Below, one piece after another: positions 58,696 through 64,000 of a stretch of DNA of 64,000 nucleotides (position 1 is the first letter of the stretch; each line of letters starts with the position of its first letter). The notes beneath the pieces are model-generated. The model was not told the origin of the DNA, made no database searches, and saw only the letters and a list, made by a program, of their open reading frames with translations. The position numbers and the translations under genes are program-made. This stretch comes from Syntrophorhabdaceae bacterium (GTDB taxonomy: Bacteria > Desulfobacterota > Syntrophorhabdia > Syntrophorhabdales > Syntrophorhabdaceae): the NCBI GenBank assembly GCA_963665295.1, contig OY762209.1, positions 4,448,001-4,512,000 of the forward strand, written 5' to 3'.

Positions 58696-59679
58696 ATGAA
58701 AAAGGTTTGTATACTTCTGTGTGCGGCGTTGCTGATTTTCTCGTGTTCAAAGAAACAGGATAGCAAAGTCCTGGTAACCATGGAGGGAGACAAGATTACC
58801 CTTAACGAGTTCAATCAGGCTTTGGACAAGATTCCAATGAACATGAAAATGCTTGTCGCCACCGAGAGCGGCAAGAGACAATATCTCGACAGTCTGATTA
58901 CAAAGAGACTTCTTCTTCAGGAAGCGAAGAAGGAAAAGATAGACAGCAGCAAGGAGTTTCAGGAAAAACTCGATGAAATCAAGGACCAGCTTCTCATGGA
59001 ATCGCTTCTGAAAAAGAAACTCACCATGGAGGCAAAGATATCCGATGAGGATTTAAAGAAATACTATGACGCTCACAAAGAAGAATTCAAGAAGGATGTG
59101 GAGATCAGCACCAGGCATATCCTGGTGAAAACCGAGGACGAGGCGAAGCAGATTCTGGCCAGACTTCAAAAAGGTGAGGATTTTGTCGATCTTGCAAAGA
59201 AATATTCCATCGATCCCAATGCAAAGATGAGCGGCGGCGAAATAGGATTCCATCCCAAGGGGACCCTCCTTCCCGAGTATGAAGCGGCGGCGTTCAAGCT
59301 GAAAAAACCGGGACAGATAAGCGGCGTGGTAAAAACGCAGTTCGGTTATCACATCATAAAACTCGAAGGAGCCAAGCCACCTTCATACGTACCCTTCGAG
59401 GAAGTGAAGGACTTTATAAAACAGAAGCTGGCTCAGGAAAAACAGAAAGAACTTTTTGAAAAATATGTCGAGGGACTCAAGAAATCCGCCAAGATCACAA
59501 TTGATGAACAGTTGCTGAAAGCCGAAGAGAAACCTCAAACCACAGGGCCTTCCGAGAAACCGGAGGCCAAGCAGGGAACGACTGCGGAACCGGCCAAAGA
59601 AGCTGTTAAAGAAGCTCCCAAGCCGGAGGCCAAGCAGGATAAACCTGCCGCAAAAGAGGAGGGGCAACCTAAGAAATGA
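58696..59679 (+). CDS. PpiC-type peptidyl-prolyl isomerase lipoprotein (PrsA-like)
   Basis: Lipobox IFSC; HILVK, F..LAK.YS.D, GG.IG, TQFGYHIIK. Confidence 0.9.
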   Translation: MKKVCILLCAALLIFSCSKKQDSKVLVTMEGDKITLNEFNQALDKIPMNMKMLVATESGKRQYLDSLITKRLLLQEAKKEKIDSSKEFQEKLDEIKDQLLMESLLKKKLTMEAKISDEDLKKYYDAHKEEFKKDVEISTRHILVKTEDEAKQILARLQKGEDFVDLAKKYSIDPNAKMSGGEIGFHPKGTLLPEYEAAAFKLKKPGQISGVVKTQFGYHIIKLEGAKPPSYVPFEEVKDFIKQKLAQEKQKELFEKYVEGLKKSAKITIDEQLLKAEEKPQTTGPSEKPEAKQGTTAEPAKEAVKEAPKPEAKQDKPAAKEEGQPKK

Positions 59680-60602
59680 AAATCTTTACAGTAATTTGTC
59701 TGGTTTTTGCTTTGAGCCTACCCGTATTGTCGCAGGGTGAGGTGGTGGACAGGGTAGTCGCCATTGTGAACGACGATATTATTACACTCAAAGAGACGGA
59801 AAAGTACGTCCCCGTTGAGAAGCAGGGCCAGTTCGTGTCGGTGAACGAATATGTGCGCGGCATAAGACTCAGGGAAAAGATGGACTTTCTCATCGACGAC
59901 CTGTTGATCAGACAACAAGCCAAAAAACTGGCGGTTTCGGTGTCCGATAAGGACGCGGACGCCATCGTGGAGAGTATCAAGAAACAGCACCTCATTACAG
60001 AGGACGAGTTGAAACAGCAACTTGCGAAGGACCATATCAACTACAAGGACTTCTACGACGGCCTGAAGGCCAATCTCCTGCGTACGAGGGTCCTTGCCCG
60101 AATCAATGCCCCGGATGTGACCGTTACCGAAACGGACCTGAGGGACTACTACAACAGGCATCTCGCGGAGTTCAAGGATGAGGAGTACAGGCTATCGCAT
60201 ATTTTCATTTCGGCGAAGAGGCAGGACGCCCAGGTGCGGGCTGTCGCCGCATATGGCCAACTGAAACAGGGGAAGGGTTTTGAACTGGTCGCCAAAGAGT
60301 ACTCCGACGACCCGTCTGCAGATAAGGGCGGCGATATCGGGTACATCCGCAAGGAAGACCTCATTCCCGAATTCAAGGGGGCGGTACATTTTTTGACACC
60401 GGGCTCGTTCAGTCAGGTCCTCCAGTCGAACTACGGATTTCATATCCTGAGGCTGGCAGAGGTCAGGACCGGCGATACCATGCCATTCGAAGCAGTAAAA
60501 CAGAGGATTCAGGAGAGAATCGTCCAGGAGCAGTCGCAGAAACGCTATAAAGACTACATCGACGGTTTGAGAAAGGCATCTTACATCGAGGTAAAGCTCT
60601 AA
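59676..60602 (+). CDS. surA: SurA-like chaperone/PPIase
   Basis: VDRVVAIVNDDIIT N-domain plus one parvulin domain; upstream of pdxA. Confidence 0.85.
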   Translation: MKIFTVICLVFALSLPVLSQGEVVDRVVAIVNDDIITLKETEKYVPVEKQGQFVSVNEYVRGIRLREKMDFLIDDLLIRQQAKKLAVSVSDKDADAIVESIKKQHLITEDELKQQLAKDHINYKDFYDGLKANLLRTRVLARINAPDVTVTETDLRDYYNRHLAEFKDEEYRLSHIFISAKRQDAQVRAVAAYGQLKQGKGFELVAKEYSDDPSADKGGDIGYIRKEDLIPEFKGAVHFLTPGSFSQVLQSNYGFHILRLAEVRTGDTMPFEAVKQRIQERIVQEQSQKRYKDYIDGLRKASYIEVKL

Positions 60603-60607
60603 TCCCG

Positions 60608-61558
60608 GTGAGAGTCGCAGTCACCATGGGAGACCCCGCGGGTATAGGCGGGGAGATCATCTTGAAGTCACTGCCTGATCTTTGCCGTAAAAGCATTCCC
60701 GTAATAATAGGAGATCTTGCTGTCCTTGCGGCTTACTCGAGTCGCATGGACAGTCCCGCTCCTTTCAGAAAATTCGGTCGCGGACGCCCCGGAGAAGCGG
60801 AATTCATAGACATGGGACTCGTGTCCGGTGTAGATTTCGGGGTTGTCGACGGTCGTTACGGAGAGGCGGCATACAGATACATCACGGAGGCCCTGAAGTA
60901 CATCTATGTCGGCGATGTCGCCGCTCTTGTCACGTGTCCTATCAACAAGCTCTCGGTGCATAAGGCCGGCATACCTTTCACGGGCCACACCGAACTCCTC
61001 GCCCACTACGGCGGTGTTGCCGATTACATTATGATGATGGCAAACAGGGACATGCGCGTCTCCCTCGTCACCATCCACATCCCCCTGAGGGACGTGCCGG
61101 ATTCCGTCTCGTGCGAAAAAGTCCTGAAGACCATAGTGATTACCCACCGAAGCCTGAAAGACCTGTTCGCAATCAAGGACCCCCGGATCAAAATCTCGGG
61201 CCTTAACCCTCACGCAGGCGAAGGGGGTATCATGGGCAATGAAGAACGGTTAATAGAAGAGGCAATCACCGTCGCACGGTCTCTCGGGATCAACGCGGAA
61301 GGCCCTTTCCCTGCAGACACCCTCTTCCATCGCAGGGACTGTGACGGGTTCATTGCCATGTATCACGACCAGGGCCTCATTCCGATAAAAACGGTTGATT
61401 TTGGAAGAACCGTCAATATTACGCTTGGGCTCCCCTTCATACGTACTTCTCCGGGCCACGGCACGGGCTTCGATATCGCGGGAAAAGGGGTAGCGGACCC
61501 AACCGGCCTGATCGAGGCATACAGGGTAGCCGAGGAAATGGCTTCCCGCCTCGAATAG
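60608..61558 (+). CDS. pdxA: 4-hydroxythreonine-4-phosphate dehydrogenase
   Basis: GDPAGIG.E, GHTE, GLNPHAGE, MYHDQG, TLGLPFIRTS..HGT. Confidence 0.95.
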   Translation: MRVAVTMGDPAGIGGEIILKSLPDLCRKSIPVIIGDLAVLAAYSSRMDSPAPFRKFGRGRPGEAEFIDMGLVSGVDFGVVDGRYGEAAYRYITEALKYIYVGDVAALVTCPINKLSVHKAGIPFTGHTELLAHYGGVADYIMMMANRDMRVSLVTIHIPLRDVPDSVSCEKVLKTIVITHRSLKDLFAIKDPRIKISGLNPHAGEGGIMGNEERLIEEAITVARSLGINAEGPFPADTLFHRRDCDGFIAMYHDQGLIPIKTVDFGRTVNITLGLPFIRTSPGHGTGFDIAGKGVADPTGLIEAYRVAEEMASRLE

Positions 61559-61567
61559 AAGGACACC

Positions 61568-62881
61568 ATGGATTTATTTGGAAACACCCCCTCTGATTAC
61601 ACTACGAGAAAACCCCTCGCGGACCGGATGAGACCGAAGAGCCTTAATGATTTCGTCGGCCAGGAGCATATTCTCGGAGAGGGCAGGCTGCTGAGGCGCC
61701 TTCTCGAAAAAGGAGACATACCCTCCATGATCCTGTGGGGACCGAGCGGCGTGGGTAAAACCACCCTTGGATGGCTCATGGGCCGCTATATGAAGCTGCC
61801 CTTTGTCTCCCTGAGCGCGGTAAGCATCGGGATCAAGGAAGTCAAAGAGGTGATTCAGAAGGCCAAACTGCATAAGATCATCCTTTTTGTCGACGAATTT
61901 CACAGATTCAACAAGCTCCAGCAAGACACCTTTCTCCCCCATGTTGAAAACGGGGTCATTATTCTCATAGGGGCAACCACGGAAAACCCCTCTTTCGAGA
62001 TTATCTCTCCCCTCCTGTCACGAATGAGGGTCCTCACCTTGAATCCTCTCAAGAAAGAAGATATCGCCAAAATTATCACGAGGGCGCTCAAGGAGGATTC
62101 CGAACTCAAAGCGGCTTCATTAAAGGCCGGGGATGACGTTATCCAGGAGATCGCGGGCCTTGCAAACGGTGACGCGAGAAGGGCCCTTAACCTCCTGGAA
62201 TTATGCCACAAGATGGTGAAGGAGGCGGGAAACCCGGAGCCGGTCATTGATCATACCGTTGTAAGGGAGGCATATCAGAAGAATATCGCCGCTTACGACA
62301 AGAAAGGAGAGATGCATTATGATTTCATCAGCGCCTTTCACAAAAGCATGCGGGGTTCCGATCCCGACGCGGCCCTTTACTGGCTGGCACGGATGTTAGA
62401 GGGCGGCGAAGACCCACTCTTCATCCTGAGACGGATGGTACGGTTCGCGTCGGAGGATATCGGCAACGCGGACCCCCATGCCTTGACCCTCACCATTTCC
62501 GCTATGGAGGCTTTCAGGTTCATTGGTCCTCCGGAGGGCCACCTTGCCCTGGCCCAGGCGTGCATATACCTTTCCCTCTCGGAGAAGAGTAACGCCGTCT
62601 ACGAGGCAATGAACGCGGTTTCAGGGGATGTCAGGACCCTCCCTGAGTACGGCGTGCCGATGCACATCAGGAATGCGCCCACAAAGCTCATGAAAGAACT
62701 CGGTTACGGGCAGAGTTATCTTTATCCTCACGATTTCGACGGAGCCATCGTAAAGCAGGATTACTTTCCGGAAGAACTGAAGGACAAGCGGTACTATCGG
62801 CCCACGGATCGGGGATACGAGAAACAATTGGGGGCATTCCTCGAAAGGGTGAGAAAAGTGGTCAAACCGGATCAAGCCTGA
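61568..62881 (+). CDS. rarA: Replication-associated recombination protein A
   Basis: PLADRMRP, GPSGVGKT, DEFHRFNK.QQD, ATTENPSF, KSMRGSD.DA, SEDIG.AD. Confidence 0.95.
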   Translation: MDLFGNTPSDYTTRKPLADRMRPKSLNDFVGQEHILGEGRLLRRLLEKGDIPSMILWGPSGVGKTTLGWLMGRYMKLPFVSLSAVSIGIKEVKEVIQKAKLHKIILFVDEFHRFNKLQQDTFLPHVENGVIILIGATTENPSFEIISPLLSRMRVLTLNPLKKEDIAKIITRALKEDSELKAASLKAGDDVIQEIAGLANGDARRALNLLELCHKMVKEAGNPEPVIDHTVVREAYQKNIAAYDKKGEMHYDFISAFHKSMRGSDPDAALYWLARMLEGGEDPLFILRRMVRFASEDIGNADPHALTLTISAMEAFRFIGPPEGHLALAQACIYLSLSEKSNAVYEAMNAVSGDVRTLPEYGVPMHIRNAPTKLMKELGYGQSYLYPHDFDGAIVKQDYFPEELKDKRYYRPTDRGYEKQLGAFLERVRKVVKPDQA

Positions 62882-62910
62882 CCGTCACATACCGGTACGG
62901 CAAAACGCCT

Positions 62911-63522
62911 TCACTTCATGACAGCCATCTTTCTATCGTGATACCGCGAAAACAGGATAACGGCCGTCATGGACCCCACAAGGGCCCAGAACATATCGGA
63001 TTGTGTATCCCAGACATAGCCCTGTGTCCCCAGAAAGGCCTCTGCCGACTCTCCTGTCAGTAAAGCCGTCCACCATTCAATCAACTCATATACGGCGCTT
63101 ATGGCAAGGGCCGTGCAAACCGCGAAAAACCCCGTCCACATTCTGCCGTTCACCACGTGGAGACGCGTCACCAGTTCCCTCGTAATGAGAGCCGGGACAA
63201 ATCCCTGGGCAAAATGTCCCACCTTGTCGTAGTTGTTCCGGACTCCGTTGCACGCCCTTGCGATCCAGTGGAAAAGGGGCACCTCGGCATATGTGTAATG
63301 ACCTCCCACAAAAAGGATCACACAGTGCACCAGTATCATGGTGTAGGCAAAGTCGGTGAATCTGAACCTCTTGTACGTGCATGTGAGAATCACAAACCCC
63401 GCCACCCCGGGGATGACCTCCAGAACCCACGTAAAATGGTCTTTGGGTTCTATCGCGGACCAGACCAGCACCGCAAGATACACGACGATCAACAGACAAA
63501 GGTACTTTTCCTTCCTTATCAC
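62911..63522 (-). CDS. DUF2238 (YjdF-like) membrane protein
   Basis: GGHYTYAEVP, RNNYDK.GHF.QG, YELIEW, FLGTQG..WDTQSDM. Confidence 0.88.
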   Translation of the reverse strand: MIRKEKYLCLLIVVYLAVLVWSAIEPKDHFTWVLEVIPGVAGFVILTCTYKRFRFTDFAYTMILVHCVILFVGGHYTYAEVPLFHWIARACNGVRNNYDKVGHFAQGFVPALITRELVTRLHVVNGRMWTGFFAVCTALAISAVYELIEWWTALLTGESAEAFLGTQGYVWDTQSDMFWALVGSMTAVILFSRYHDRKMAVMK

Positions 63523-63743
63523 CCCTGACTCCCTGCGCCCTCTCCGTGTCCCCGCGGGAGCGCTTCATTGCTCTGTTTACCATGATTATCGCATCCCCGG
63601 GGAGGCTTTTCAAGAATGAATTCGCTACAAAGAGATCGCCTCGCCCTGTCCCTTCCGGCCGGGCAGGGGCCGCCGCGCCGGGCGCGCCGAAAAACGCAAC
63701 CCTTTGTTGACTTCATCAAGGCATTATGGTTTAAAAAAGGAAT

Positions 63744-64000
63744 ATGAGCAAGATCCTTGTGCCTTACAGCAACGATTTTGAAACAGGTTACGATACGGTT
63801 GACTGCGAAAGTCCCCACAGGGTCATCGAAATATGGCTCAGGATCAAAGACGCGGCTGATTTTGTGGAACCGGAACCTTGCTCGGTGTCCGATCTTCTTC
63901 TCGCCCACAGCGAAAAGCTCGTGAAGTCCGTGGAGGGCGACAGCGCGCTCTTCTCAGTCGCAAGGCGGGCGGCAGGAGGCGCTATCATGGCGGCCCGGAC
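63744..64000 (+). CDS. Histone deacetylase / acetylpolyamine amidohydrolase family protein, 3'-truncated by the window edge
   Basis: AAGGA RBS; MSKILVPY...ESPHRV...LLLAHS...ARRAAGGAIMAAR matches the HDAC N-terminal pattern. Not in the ORF track. Confidence 0.65.
   Translation, partial: MSKILVPYSNDFETGYDTVDCESPHRVIEIWLRIKDAADFVEPEPCSVSDLLLAHSEKLVKSVEGDSALFSVARRAAGGAIMAAR

Overview
Chromosomal window from an anaerobic Gram-negative bacterium. Gene content and order (mfd-ppiC-surA-pdxA-rarA, accD-folC-lptD, paired CoA ligases plus HgdAB/BzdNO-like subunits) suggest a Desulfobacterota/Syntrophorhabdus-like organism; this is an inference. In order it contains: a partial Na+/solute symporter, a sigma54-type promoter driving an EF-hand protein, two copies of a ~80-nt structured non-coding hairpin, ubiA plus a cytochrome b5 fusion, an mlaEFDCA operon whose ATPase carries a degenerate GGDEF domain, yjbQ, an Fe/Mn SOD with a cryptic Tat-like leader, an IS1634 element that clips the end of a sugar epimerase gene, a pentose-phosphate/ino1 operon, a PAS hybrid kinase, a CoA ligase/Fe-S dehydratase-reductase cluster, an AT-richer islet next to tRNA-Ser, fabH, envelope and rml genes, a secreted-protein cluster and the mfd region. 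The top finding is an unannotated 101-aa probable selenoprotein at 32552-32857. It has two in-frame UGA codons in a UxxUxxC motif, a strong RBS and a bacterial SECIS-like hairpin. The ORF track shows only its truncated C-terminal part. All calls come from reading the sequence and recalling protein motifs; no database searches or folding programs were run.
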